A DNA stretch of 64,000 nt from positions 106,508 to 170,507 of the forward strand of contig MGIT01000001.1 of assembly GCA_001793895.1 (NCBI GenBank), in the 5' to 3' direction. How positions within the stretch are numbered: position 1 is the stretch's first letter; each line of letters starts with the position of its first letter. The notes under the pieces are model-generated. The model was not told the DNA's origin. It was given only the letters and a program-made list of their open reading frames with translations, and ran no database searches. Positions 35,900 through 45,513 of this stretch are shown piece after piece. Origin of the DNA: Candidatus Wolfebacteria bacterium RIFOXYB1_FULL_54_12 (GTDB lineage: Bacteria > Patescibacteriota > Minisyncoccia > UBA6257 > UBA9933). The translations under genes and the position numbers were made by a program.

Positions 35900-36940
35900 T
35901 TACGCCGCCGTAGCGCGGCGCCCCGCGACCACAGCCGCACTAAGAACGCGAATGAATTTGTCGGAAAATACCAACAGTTCGCCCGCAAGGTTCTTGTCGC
36001 TTGCGTCGCGACGGAACGATGAGAGGGAAATCCACGTCCCCTTGTGTTCGTTCATCCACGCCAACGTGCCGGCGCCCTTGCCGATCTTGATGATCGTCAT
36101 CTCGCCACCCTTGCCGATCTTTTTCTGTTCGACAGCGACGAGCGCCGCTCCGGCGCGGAAGACCTTTCCCTTGACCTCCCGATGGGGGAGGTTGAGGACG
36201 TAGGTTCCGACAATGCCTTTCCGCATATTGCCAAGATCGGCCTCTCCACTTTGCAGGATGTGGTCGATCTCGGCCTGCTCGGCCTTGCCGTCGTTTTTCT
36301 TGACAGCGCCGATGAACTTGCGCAACTCCGCTTCGAGCGCGCGTTGCGGGGCACCGGTGTGGACCGACAGATATGCCTTCTTGGCATAGAACAAGGTCCC
36401 CGAGGGGTACTTGTTGTCGGCAACACGGAAAGCCTGCTTCTCGGCATCGGTCGGTTCGCGGAACCGTCCGATCTCCACGGCACGCGCCAGAAAAGCGAGC
36501 GCGTTTTCTGCGCTGGCCACGCCAGAGCGGATCTCTTCAATGAAGAGCGCGAACCGCAAAGACTTCTGCAGCTCTTCATCGCCCGCGCCGAGGATCTTTT
36601 CCTCCTCGGCCTTGAGCTTCTTAAGCTCGGCGACATCACTGGAAGTCAGCATGCCACCACGCTCCTTGACCAGATTGATCTGGAGCTGGCGGGCGCGGAT
36701 CATAATGATCTTCTGCGCCGCCTTTTGGGCATACGCGCTACGCCCGCGCGCTTCCTTGATCTGCTCCTCAATGTCGTCATCACTGACGACCGCCACCTGA
36801 ATGGCGTCGAGGTCGGGCAGAACGGGTTTTACTTTTTCCTTGCTCCTCTTTGCGAGGGCAAGTTCAAACTGCTGGGCAAGCGGGGCGGTAAGTTTCTTGG
36901 TGGGGCCTTGGGGATCGGTTGATGCGGTTGATGCGTTCAT
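35900..36940 (-). CDS. hypothetical protein
   Basis: 346 aa, Lys/Glu/Ala-rich and helical. The antisense ORF 36044..36922 is judged spurious. Confidence 0.4.
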   Translation of the reverse strand: MNASTASTDPQGPTKKLTAPLAQQFELALAKRSKEKVKPVLPDLDAIQVAVVSDDDIEEQIKEARGRSAYAQKAAQKIIMIRARQLQINLVKERGGMLTSSDVAELKKLKAEEEKILGAGDEELQKSLRFALFIEEIRSGVASAENALAFLARAVEIGRFREPTDAEKQAFRVADNKYPSGTLFYAKKAYLSVHTGAPQRALEAELRKFIGAVKKNDGKAEQAEIDHILQSGEADLGNMRKGIVGTYVLNLPHREVKGKVFRAGAALVAVEQKKIGKGGEMTIIKIGKGAGTLAWMNEHKGTWISLSSFRRDASDKNLAGELLVFSDKFIRVLSAAVVAGRRATAA

Positions 36941-37115
36941 CGTTCTTCCTCCGTTGTTTTTCTTCCAAACTTCCTTGGTTTCTTCCTGTAAACAACATTC
37001 CGATAATTAGCACTCTCCGATAATTCACCTCCTTGGTATATGGTTTTGTAAACGAACTGCGTATATTTAAATTAAAGCATATTTGTGGCAATAAGTCAAT
37101 ACCGCCAAAAAACGC

Positions 37116-37658
37116 TTAGAATGGCCCAAAATTGAAGGTCGCCCGTTCCGGCTCGTCGCTCCCCCACTGCGGAACCAACAAATAGCCCTGCGCGCGGGCA
37201 AGCTCATATAGATCTTTTGTTATGCGCACATCGTGCAAACAATAATCGGCAAGCTCCTCCAGCCTGCCCTCGCGATACATCACCGGAGCCTCAAGGCTAT
37301 GGTGCGTTTTTTGCGTTCCCAAATTTATTTTTGCCAAAAGATCCAAGCTGATCCGTCTTCCTAATTGCATTTCAATGTCATCGAGCAGATCGATGCGCGG
37401 CACGCCGAACAGGTTGAACTTGCAGTGCTTATTCAATACGGGAATGTCGAATCGGGTAATACTGAACCCGATGATGCATTCGGCATCGCGTAACAGTTCA
37501 CTGCATTCGATCATGTGGTGCTCGTCGAACGAAATATATTTGTCTTGCGCGTAGGAAAAAAGACCCACCACGGAAACCTGCAGGTCGTTGAAATTATCCC
37601 GCCCCACCTCGGCGAGCGTATTTTTTGTCTCGATGTCGAAAACGATAAAGTCGCGCAT
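37116..37658 (-). CDS. DEDDh 3'-5' exonuclease (DnaQ/RNase T-like)
   Basis: Exo I (VFDIETKN), Exo II (IGFSITRFDIPVL), and Exo III (YCLHDVRITKDLY). The listed start at 37736 translates a heptamer repeat. Confidence 0.65.
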   Translation of the reverse strand: MRDFIVFDIETKNTLAEVGRDNFNDLQVSVVGLFSYAQDKYISFDEHHMIECSELLRDAECIIGFSITRFDIPVLNKHCKFNLFGVPRIDLLDDIEMQLGRRISLDLLAKINLGTQKTHHSLEAPVMYREGRLEELADYCLHDVRITKDLYELARAQGYLLVPQWGSDEPERATFNFGPF

Positions 37659-37665
37659 ACATAAA

Positions 37666-37700
37666 AATAACCTATGACCCATAACCAACAACCCATAACA
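37666..37700. repeat. degenerate heptamer tract (reverse orientation)
   Basis: aataacctatgacccataaccaacaacccataac. Confidence 0.6.
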
Positions 37701-37741
37701 AAAGAAATCGGGATGCAAGGGTGAAACAGAAAGCAAACATA

Positions 37742-37847
37742 TGTCATCCTGATCCGTCAGCCGACGGATTCAGGATCTCCCCGCAAAAACACGAGATTCC
37801 GGCTCCCCGTATCGTGGTACGGGGCAGGCTCCGGGCCAGAATGACAA
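37742..37847. repeat. TGTCATTCC nested-palindrome element: composite with extra nested hairpins in both loops
   Basis: tgtcatcctgatccgtcagccgacggattcaggatc tccccgcaaaaacacgag attccggctccccgtatcgtggtacggggcaggctccgggccagaatgaca. Confidence 0.8.
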
Positions 37848-37865
37848 CACATAAGAGTCGATACC

Positions 37866-38825
37866 TTACTTAATACCCCTCTTAAGCACTGTTGTCAATT
37901 TTTTCAATTGCGCATCATAGGTGGCCTTGTCGCGCGCTTCCACATTTAACCGAACTAACGATTCGGTATTGGAAAGCCGCACGTTGAACCACCAATCGGG
38001 ATCGGCAAAGTCCATGGCAATGCCATCGATCTTCGATATAGCCTTTGCGTCTTTTTTATATGTCCGTTCTATGTGCGCAAACAATCCGGCGGGCGCAATG
38101 GAAGACGAAACAGGGACATTGATCTCCGGCGACCGATACGTTTCCGGCAAGAGGTCTACGAATTCCGACAGCGCATACGGCAATCGCGCAAGCGCGTTCA
38201 GCACCGCGACGGCCGCCATGATGCCCGAATCGCAATAAAAAAAGTTTTTAAAATAATAGTGCCCCGATCGCTCGCACCCGAATTCGGCGCCATTTTTCCG
38301 CATGGCGTGTTTCATGGCGTAATGCCCTGTCTTGCCCGCAATGCGTTTTGCGCCAAGCAGCGACTCGTCCCGAGTGAAATCGAGGGATTGCCGACGCACA
38401 AGCCATCCGTCTTTTGCATCGGTCACAAATCGATTCGGACGCAAGGACCACAGCAACAGATACGCCACGACATCCGGGTCCACAAAACGACCCTTGTCGT
38501 CGACGAAGAAAACACGGTCTCCATCCGCATCAAAGATGACACCTATATCGGCACCATTGGAAACAACGCTCTTTTGTAACGCGCGCAACGAACCGGCATG
38601 CAACGGATCCGGCGCATGATTCGGGAAGTTCCCATCAGGCTGACCATTCAAAATAGCCCATTCCCTTTTTTCCTTTTTCCTTTTTCCTTTTTCCCTGAGT
38701 GCCTCCATGATCGGCCCTGTAGCCCCGCTGGAACAATCAAAAACAACATCAAGCGTTTTTGCATCGTCGCGCAAAAACCCGTTCAAAAACGAAACATATT
38801 CATCGACAAAGGGTGAGGTATTCAT
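37866..38825 (-). pseudogene. phosphohexomutase (PMM/PGM family) lacking the N-terminal catalytic domain I; it contains an in-frame (TTTTCC)4 tract
   Basis: 319 aa covering only domains II-IV (GVIFDADGDRVFFVDDKGRF). No active-site Ser loop is encoded upstream. The insertion encodes GKRKKEKRE. Confidence 0.5.
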
Positions 38826-38874
38826 GCTTAAATATTGACTAATCCAGGAAAGTAGCCTACGATTACTTATATCA

Positions 38875-39471
38875 CTACGAAAAAGACCCTTGCAAGGTTC
38901 CGTCCTTGCCGGGGGCTTTTTTATTTAGTTCTATTTTATGCCGCACATCATGGCAATACACGATCGGCGCATCCGTTCGCTTCAACAGGATCGAGCACTT
39001 CTCGACCTTGCTCGGAGAAATAACCACTTCTAACTTTTCTTTCGTCTGCAAAAATTTTACCAGCCCGGCGTAATCACCATCGCTCGTGACAAGGACTTGT
39101 TTGTCGCAATTATTCTCAAATGCATCTACTGACGATTGCAATACGAGATCGGCATCGCAATTTCCCTTAGCCTCGCCCGAGCCATTATAAACGACCTCCT
39201 TGAATATCAATGTAAAGCCTGCCTTTTGCAAAGCGGTATAAAGATCTTTTTGCTTGGGAACAAGCCCTATAAAATAATACGCACAAACAACGCCATACTT
39301 ATCCGAAAGCCACCTTCTTAAGCGATACATGTCAACGCTCCAGCCGTCATTGCCCGTTCCGCGATACAAATTATTCCCGTCAATATACGCAAAATTTTTC
39401 TTGTAGCGATTCATGCCATACTCAGTATACCAAAAATAAAACCAAAGCCCCATGTCAAACTCAAAAACCAA
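38875..39471 (-). CDS. NYN-domain (LabA-like) protein
   Basis: NFAYIDGNNLY...VLVTSDGDYAGLV. Confidence 0.6.
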   Translation of the reverse strand: MVFEFDMGLWFYFWYTEYGMNRYKKNFAYIDGNNLYRGTGNDGWSVDMYRLRRWLSDKYGVVCAYYFIGLVPKQKDLYTALQKAGFTLIFKEVVYNGSGEAKGNCDADLVLQSSVDAFENNCDKQVLVTSDGDYAGLVKFLQTKEKLEVVISPSKVEKCSILLKRTDAPIVYCHDVRHKIELNKKAPGKDGTLQGSFS

Positions 39472-39500
39472 TCGTAAAAAATAGCACCCCCACGCTCATC

Positions 39501-39536
39501 TGGTGTCCAAAATGACGATCGTCATTTTGGACACCA
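39501..39536. promoter_or_regulatory. perfect 36 bp palindrome (candidate operator) upstream of the NYN gene
   Basis: tggtgtccaaaatgacgatcgtcattttggacacca. Confidence 0.35.
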
Positions 39537-39567
39537 AATTGAATTGTAGGTCTCGATACTATGCAAT

Positions 39568-39597
39568 AAAAAAAGCCACGGGATGTCCGTGGCTTTT
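39568..39597 (-). terminator. rho-independent terminator
   Basis: gccacggg-atgt-cccgtggc, with a T7 run on the minus strand. Confidence 0.65.
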
Positions 39598-39618
39598 GCG
39601 CAATGGAACGTCGACACC

Positions 39619-39957
39619 TTATTCATGCATGTCGGATAAAAACCCTTCTGAGTAATTAGCAGGCTTAGGCATCATTTTGGTCGCCTCCGCCATAAGCTCC
39701 TCGATCAACTGCCCAAGAAACAAATAGCACGCGTTCATATCGGTCCCGTCGGAAGGCATGGCGGTGCGAATCTCTGACAAATGACGCGCCGCGACGACAA
39801 GATATTCCGCCGACTGCCATTCCGACATGCGCAGCAGATTCCCAAGCTCGAAAAGTTCTTTTTCATGCGCCTGCGATACACGCACCCGCTGTGCCTTCGC
39901 TTTCATCAGCTTGATAACCCCGAGATACAACGGCAACTTCCCTTCGATTGTATGCAT
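39619..39957 (-). CDS. hypothetical small helical protein
   Basis: 112 aa with no recognizable motif. Confidence 0.4.
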   Translation of the reverse strand: MHTIEGKLPLYLGVIKLMKAKAQRVRVSQAHEKELFELGNLLRMSEWQSAEYLVVAARHLSEIRTAMPSDGTDMNACYLFLGQLIEELMAEATKMMPKPANYSEGFLSDMHE

Positions 39958-40211
39958 ACCGGCTCCTCCTTTCTGCGCTAATGATGAATAATGGAATAGT
40001 ACTAAGCCCAGTAAAGCGCATAGTGGAAGAACTTGTCAAATCCCGTAACCTACAAAAAATCGGAACATCTGTCCCGATTTTTAACATTATACAACCCTCC
40101 TATATCTTATGAAGCGCCAAACGGGGACATGGTCCGGAAACCCAAACGGAAGCGCAGCGCGAAGCGCGTGAGCGGGTTGACGGGCATGTCCTCGTTTGGG
40201 CGCCCCCACAC

Positions 40212-41219
40212 TTAACGCTTATTCAACAGCGTCCGCTTGTACACATCCAAATGGGTCAATATAAGCCCAGCGCCTTTTGCCACACAGAACAGCGGCTCTT
40301 CGGCGACATAGGCATTCACGCCCAACATGCGCTTCAGGAAGTCGGCCAAATACGGGATTTGCGCTCCGCCACCGGAAATGATAATACCTTTTTCCATGAC
40401 ATCAGCGACCAGTTCGGGCGGCGTTTCATTGAACACGTTCTGTACTTCACTTGCAATGTCGAGCAGGTACGGATGGATCGCTTCTGCGACCTCGTTCGAT
40501 GTGACCATGATATCTTTCGGCAATCCGGTAATAAGGTCGCGCCCGCGCACTTCCATAGTGCGCTTGTCTTTGGTCGTCAATGCGGAACCGATCTGGATCT
40601 TGATCGCTTCGGATGTTTGCTGTCCTATGGAAAGCGAATATTTTTTCTTGATGTAGTCGACGATGGCCATATCGAACTTGTTTCCCGCCACGCGCAAGCT
40701 CGCCCATGACACGATGCCGCCCAGCGAAACAACCGCAGTTTCGGTAGTACCGCCGCCGATATTGATGATCATGTTGCCCGCATGGGAATTGATCGGAATG
40801 CCCGCGCCCAATGCGGCGAGCATCGGTTCACGCACGATATAGGCTTCGCGTGCGCCCGCTTCCTTTGCGGCATTGATCACCGCGCGGCGTTCCGTTTGCG
40901 TAATGCCGGCCGGGACGGAAATGACGATGTCCGGCTTAAACACGTTAAATGACCCGATGGCCTTGTTGATGAAATATTTCAACATCGCCTTGGTAATATA
41001 GTAGTCGGCGATGACACCATCACGTAACGGCTGATAGGCCACAATGTCGCTCGGCGTTCTGCCGATCATTTCCTTTGCCTCCCTGCCGACGGCAAGCACC
41101 GTATTGTCGGGCGCGCTCAACGCAACGATGGTCGGTTCGTTAATGACAAATCCCTTCCCTTCCACAAATACGATGGTATTTGCGGTTCCCAAATCGATTC
41201 CAATTTTTCGTGTAAACAT
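40212..41219 (-). CDS. mreB: rod shape-determining protein MreB
   Basis: IGIDLGTANT...actin-fold phosphate loops. Confidence 0.9.
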   Translation of the reverse strand: MFTRKIGIDLGTANTIVFVEGKGFVINEPTIVALSAPDNTVLAVGREAKEMIGRTPSDIVAYQPLRDGVIADYYITKAMLKYFINKAIGSFNVFKPDIVISVPAGITQTERRAVINAAKEAGAREAYIVREPMLAALGAGIPINSHAGNMIINIGGGTTETAVVSLGGIVSWASLRVAGNKFDMAIVDYIKKKYSLSIGQQTSEAIKIQIGSALTTKDKRTMEVRGRDLITGLPKDIMVTSNEVAEAIHPYLLDIASEVQNVFNETPPELVADVMEKGIIISGGGAQIPYLADFLKRMLGVNAYVAEEPLFCVAKGAGLILTHLDVYKRTLLNKR

Positions 41220-41354
41220 GCGATTATTTCTTAAAAACGGGCTGATGCATAACGCAAAATCACCCGCGATATACTTGGTTATACTACTCGATACTACCCT
41301 TTTTTCCCCGATTGCACAAATCGCTCCCTCCTGCGCAGAAATTAAAAACGATCG

Positions 41355-42653
41355 TCAATCAACCCGCCGTATATCCGCCCCGATAGCACGCAATCGGGTA
41401 TCAAGATCTTCGTATCCCCGATCGATCTCTTCAATCCCCTCGATAGTCGATTCACCTTCGGCAACCAATGCGGCGATCATGTGCGCCATGCCGGCACGCA
41501 AATCGCGCACCTTGAGCGTGATGCCGGTAAGCGGCGTAGGCCCGGAAACAATGGCGCTATGCGGATGTCCTTGCCCATTATAACGACACGGCAGTTCGCC
41601 TAAACATTTGGAGAAGACTGCGATGTTCGCCCCCATAGCCCTCAATTCTTCAGCATAGCCAAATCGATCCTCATAGACGGTCTCGTGTATGACGGACGTA
41701 CCCACTGCTTGCGTCAACAAAATCAAAAATGGCTGTTGCCAATCGGTCATGAATCCGGGGTGCGTATCGGTTTCCACTTCGCTTGCCACCAGTCCATCTT
41801 TACGGAAAAAGGTAATGCCGTCGTCTTCGATACGGTACTCCCCGCCGATCTTGCGGACCGCATTCAAAAATGTGATCAGATCTTTTTGCACGGCGTTCTT
41901 TACTGTTACCTCGTTGCCCGGAAACGCCAGCCCAAGACAGGCGAACGAAACCGCCTCGTTGCGGTCGGGAAGAATGCGATGGCGCGCGCCATGCATTTTT
42001 TTGACGCCTTCAATATAAATCGTACGGTCGGAACCAAGTCCGATGATCGCGCCCATTTTTTGCAAAAGCAAAATAATGTCCATGATCTCGGGCTCGACGG
42101 CCGCGTTATGAATGACCGTGCGCCCCTTCGCCAACACGGATGCCAGTATAATATTTTCCGTGGCACCGACACTCGGATAACGCAGCGTGATCGTCGCGCC
42201 TGTCAATCCGTTCGGAGCGCTGGCGTAGAAAAATTTGTCGTCATGCGTGATCTCGGCGCCGAGCTGCTTCAATCCGTCGAGATGAATGTCGACCGGCCGG
42301 GCGCCGATCTTGTCGCCGCCCAACACGGGAACCTCCGCCTTGCCGACGCGGTTCAACAGCGGCCCAAGCGCAAGGATCGGAATGCGATTTCTGCGGGTCA
42401 ATTGCGTTACCCGATGACTTTTTATATTCGGAGTGCACAGACGCGCAGTGGAGCCGTCAATGGTCACGGTTGCCCCGATATGCTCGCACAGCTCTTTTGT
42501 GATCTCCGTATCTCCTATCGACGGAAAGTTTTCCAGCACGCATTCTTCGTCGGTAAGAAGCGACGCGATCATCATTTTCGTCGTGGCATTTTTCGAACCT
42601 TTGACCTCGATAGTCCCCCGCAATGGCTTCCCTCCGTTGATAATAAACCGCAT
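41355..42653 (-). CDS. murA: UDP-N-acetylglucosamine 1-carboxyvinyltransferase
   Basis: MRFIINGGKPLRGTIEVKGSKNA, EPT fold. The listed start at 42737 adds 28 spurious residues. Confidence 0.9.
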   Translation of the reverse strand: MRFIINGGKPLRGTIEVKGSKNATTKMMIASLLTDEECVLENFPSIGDTEITKELCEHIGATVTIDGSTARLCTPNIKSHRVTQLTRRNRIPILALGPLLNRVGKAEVPVLGGDKIGARPVDIHLDGLKQLGAEITHDDKFFYASAPNGLTGATITLRYPSVGATENIILASVLAKGRTVIHNAAVEPEIMDIILLLQKMGAIIGLGSDRTIYIEGVKKMHGARHRILPDRNEAVSFACLGLAFPGNEVTVKNAVQKDLITFLNAVRKIGGEYRIEDDGITFFRKDGLVASEVETDTHPGFMTDWQQPFLILLTQAVGTSVIHETVYEDRFGYAEELRAMGANIAVFSKCLGELPCRYNGQGHPHSAIVSGPTPLTGITLKVRDLRAGMAHMIAALVAEGESTIEGIEEIDRGYEDLDTRLRAIGADIRRVD

Positions 42654-42728
42654 GGATTGTTGCTTAATTAGTGTTTTTATACTATAACATATATATTGCA
42701 AACGCAAAAAATTGCACAATAAGACACC

Positions 42729-44015
42729 ATGCCCCATAAGACACGCTTAATCCTTTTCTATCTGTTCGTAGCCGCTTTTCTCATGGGAGGAACCGGGGTG
42801 CTCCTCTACTCATACGGATGGCGATTTTCCACCGAAACAAGGATGTTTCAAAAAATCGGTGCGATCTATATCAAAACGAATGTCCGCGATGCCGCCATTA
42901 CGATAAATGGAAAACCGTACAAGGATGCGTCGGGCATCCTGCAAAGCGGCACGCTCATATCAAATTTACTACCCAAAACATATCGGGTGGAAATTACAAA
43001 AGATGGTTACCATACCTACCGCAAAACCCTTACGGTAAAACCATCGCAGGTAGAGGAGCTGTTGAACGTCCAACTTATTCCAAAAACCCCTGAGTCGGCA
43101 TTCGTGGCGCCAACCAAAGGAACGCGCTTTATCGACGCAACCCGATCGGCGGATAAAATGATCCTGCAAGATGCCGCGACCGGAATCTATTATTTGTACG
43201 ATAAGGCAAACGCGTCCAGCACGCTCAACCTAAGCCTTGCCGCTGCCAATGCACAACGGGGACTAAAGATCAAAAAGGTCATGTTCGTTCCGTTCAAGCC
43301 GACCCAGTTCATCATCGAAGACGCAACCGGCCTCAAGTTGTTCGATTCCGAAAAAAAGACGGTCGAGGTCTTGCTCAAAGGATCGCTCGCCACATGGGGC
43401 ATGCAAGATTCGACGATCGTCGGAGTTGAGCTGGTTGGCACCGGCGCACGACCGCGCACGCAAAAGGCATTCACGCTCAATCTGATCTTCAAGTCAAAGG
43501 CCTTGCTCGATGAATTGAACGCGCGCATGGCAACCACGACCGTCATTACGGCACTGTCCACGACCGGAAGCGGATCAATGGCGTTTTCCGACACGGCATA
43601 TGCGTTGTCTCTATTCGACCCAAAAACAAAGACGATCCGACGCGTTTCAAGCAATGTAACCTCGTTTACATTCTCTCCGGATGGAAAAAAGTTGGCCTTT
43701 GTCGAAGCAACCGGCGAAGCAGGTGTGCTGTTCATCGAAGATTTCAATGGCGACATCCGCAAAAAGGCGGGCGAACTCATTCCTATTACACTGCCACAAG
43801 AAAAACCGGTACAAACCGTTCGCTGGCATAGGGATTCCTATCACCTGTTGATCGAATGGACCGGCGAACTTGCGATCACGGAATTAGACGACCGAAAACC
43901 CCTAAATACATTTCCCCTCATAAGCGGGTTCACCGACTATCGCTATATTGCTGAAAACGATTTTGTTTATTTCATCGACAATAAAGGTATCCATACAATA
44001 CGCATAGAGCGTTAA
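42729..44015 (+). CDS. membrane-anchored PEGA-domain / beta-propeller protein
   Basis: N-terminal TM, a PEGA-like segment (IKTNVRDAAITINGKPY...YRVEITKDGYHTYRKTLTV), and a C-terminal repetitive beta-rich domain. Confidence 0.5.
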   Translation: MPHKTRLILFYLFVAAFLMGGTGVLLYSYGWRFSTETRMFQKIGAIYIKTNVRDAAITINGKPYKDASGILQSGTLISNLLPKTYRVEITKDGYHTYRKTLTVKPSQVEELLNVQLIPKTPESAFVAPTKGTRFIDATRSADKMILQDAATGIYYLYDKANASSTLNLSLAAANAQRGLKIKKVMFVPFKPTQFIIEDATGLKLFDSEKKTVEVLLKGSLATWGMQDSTIVGVELVGTGARPRTQKAFTLNLIFKSKALLDELNARMATTTVITALSTTGSGSMAFSDTAYALSLFDPKTKTIRRVSSNVTSFTFSPDGKKLAFVEATGEAGVLFIEDFNGDIRKKAGELIPITLPQEKPVQTVRWHRDSYHLLIEWTGELAITELDDRKPLNTFPLISGFTDYRYIAENDFVYFIDNKGIHTIRIER

Positions 44016-45317
44016 ATGCGTACGACAATCCGTCTTCACTGCGCAATAACGCCCACCCCCATCATGCAAACCATCCGAACAACGACCGGCATCCTTATCG
44101 CAGCCCCGCTTCTTTTTTGGGGTGGATGGAACATCGGCAAAGCGGTCTATCCGGAACCCGCACAACAACTGGCGGCACAGTCGCAAGTGGCGACACTTTC
44201 ACGCCGGCTGATCGCCATGTCGCAAGAAGAAACACAAAAGAACATTTGCGCAGAAACGCTGCAATTGGCAGACGAAGCCGACCGGCATTACTGTTTTGAA
44301 GCCCCAAAATTGACCGAACAAAAAGGAGCGCAGATCGATCTTACGACGCAAAAGATTATTTTGTTTGAAAACGGAAAGATCGTCGACATACTGCCCGTCG
44401 CCTATCAATCGCCGGAAAACGTATGGTTTCAAACGCCGACGGGTTACTTCCGCGTGGGGTTTATGAACGAAAAGCACCGGTCTTCATTGTTTCCGGTCAA
44501 TATGCCCTATGCGATCCAGATAACCGAAGACTTTTTCATGCATGAGATCCCATTTTATGACGATGGCACAAAAGTGACATCGAAGTTCAGCGGCGGATGC
44601 CTGCGCTTCGAAACGGATATCGCAAAACGCTTGTTCGCTTTTTTGGATCGCGGCGACCAGCTTGTCATTTATAAGACCTTCGGAGACCGAACGATCAAAC
44701 CGACCTTACATGCGCCTGTAGCCATGGATCAATTCTGGATTCGTCAGCGGTTCTATAGCCCATTGCGATCCTTGTGGAATTACTCGGGTAACCTCGACAA
44801 ACTCATGCTCGATTACGATGAACACGCGGGCGTAGACCTTGCTCCGAACCGCGATGCGACGAACCTTAGCGCATATGCGATAACTGACGGAACGGTCATG
44901 CGAGTACAACCGAACGATGGAACGGATCATGGCATGGGAGCAACGGTCATCGTCGAACACACTATTGACGGGAAAACGCTTTACGGCGTCTATGCGCATC
45001 TTGCCTCGATAGCCGCATCGATCACGGAAGGCTGCACGGTACACGCCGGCGACACACTCGGAACGGTCGGTAACAGCGCCTATGACTGCCAAAACAACTG
45101 GAAAGTCGGTACCGATGGATGCGACAGCACCAACCCTGATGACATTCATTTGCATTTTGAATTGAAGACGAAGCCGGTATTGGAAAATCCCGAAGGCGAC
45201 GAAGCATGCAAACTGAAGACGACAGGCGAACCGCACGCGTGTTATGGCTACACGCCGGGCGATCCGCGCGATTACGGCTACCTCGATCCGATCAAGGAGC
45301 TATTCGATAAACAATGA
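44016..45317 (+). CDS. L,D-transpeptidase (YkuD) plus M23 (LytM) peptidase fusion protein
   Basis: YkuD core (HEIPFYDD...SGGCLRF), then an M23 domain (HAGVDLAP...HLHFEL). Confidence 0.65.
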   Translation: MRTTIRLHCAITPTPIMQTIRTTTGILIAAPLLFWGGWNIGKAVYPEPAQQLAAQSQVATLSRRLIAMSQEETQKNICAETLQLADEADRHYCFEAPKLTEQKGAQIDLTTQKIILFENGKIVDILPVAYQSPENVWFQTPTGYFRVGFMNEKHRSSLFPVNMPYAIQITEDFFMHEIPFYDDGTKVTSKFSGGCLRFETDIAKRLFAFLDRGDQLVIYKTFGDRTIKPTLHAPVAMDQFWIRQRFYSPLRSLWNYSGNLDKLMLDYDEHAGVDLAPNRDATNLSAYAITDGTVMRVQPNDGTDHGMGATVIVEHTIDGKTLYGVYAHLASIAASITEGCTVHAGDTLGTVGNSAYDCQNNWKVGTDGCDSTNPDDIHLHFELKTKPVLENPEGDEACKLKTTGEPHACYGYTPGDPRDYGYLDPIKELFDKQ

Positions 45318-45326
45318 GTTTCAATT

Positions 45327-45412
45327 TGTCATTCCGAGCCTGCTGTCATCCTGAACTCGTTTCAGGATCTCGCGTACAAACAGTGAGCTTCTGAAATAAA
45401 TTCAGAATGACA
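45327..45412. repeat. TGTCATTCC nested-palindrome element: composite with an extra truncated left end
   Basis: tgtcattccgagcc tgctgtcatcctgaactcgtttcaggatc tcgcgtacaaacagtgag cttctgaaataaattcagaatgaca. Confidence 0.8.
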
Positions 45413-45425
45413 CTTTAAAAAATAT

Positions 45426-45458
45426 TGTCATTCCCGTCCGCCCACCAGCAGAGGAATC
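45426..45458. repeat. TGTCATTCC-family half element (left module, degenerate)
   Basis: tgtcattcccgtccgcccaccagcagaggaatc. Confidence 0.6.
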
Positions 45459-45471
45459 CAGTACCCCGCAT

Positions 45472-45496
45472 TGTCATTCCCGCGAAAGCGGGAATC
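45472..45496. repeat. TGTCATTCC-family solo A-module
   Basis: tgtcattcccgcgaaagcgggaatc. Confidence 0.8.
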
Positions 45497-45513
45497 TAGT
45501 ACACTAAAAAAGG

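Noticed and set aside
36044-36922. 292 aa plus-strand ORF.
   Set aside because: Antisense to the 35900..36940 ORF. It is Arg/Leu/Gly-rich, typical of GC-skewed antisense frames.
41685-42671. 328 aa plus-strand ORF.
   Set aside because: Antisense to murA.
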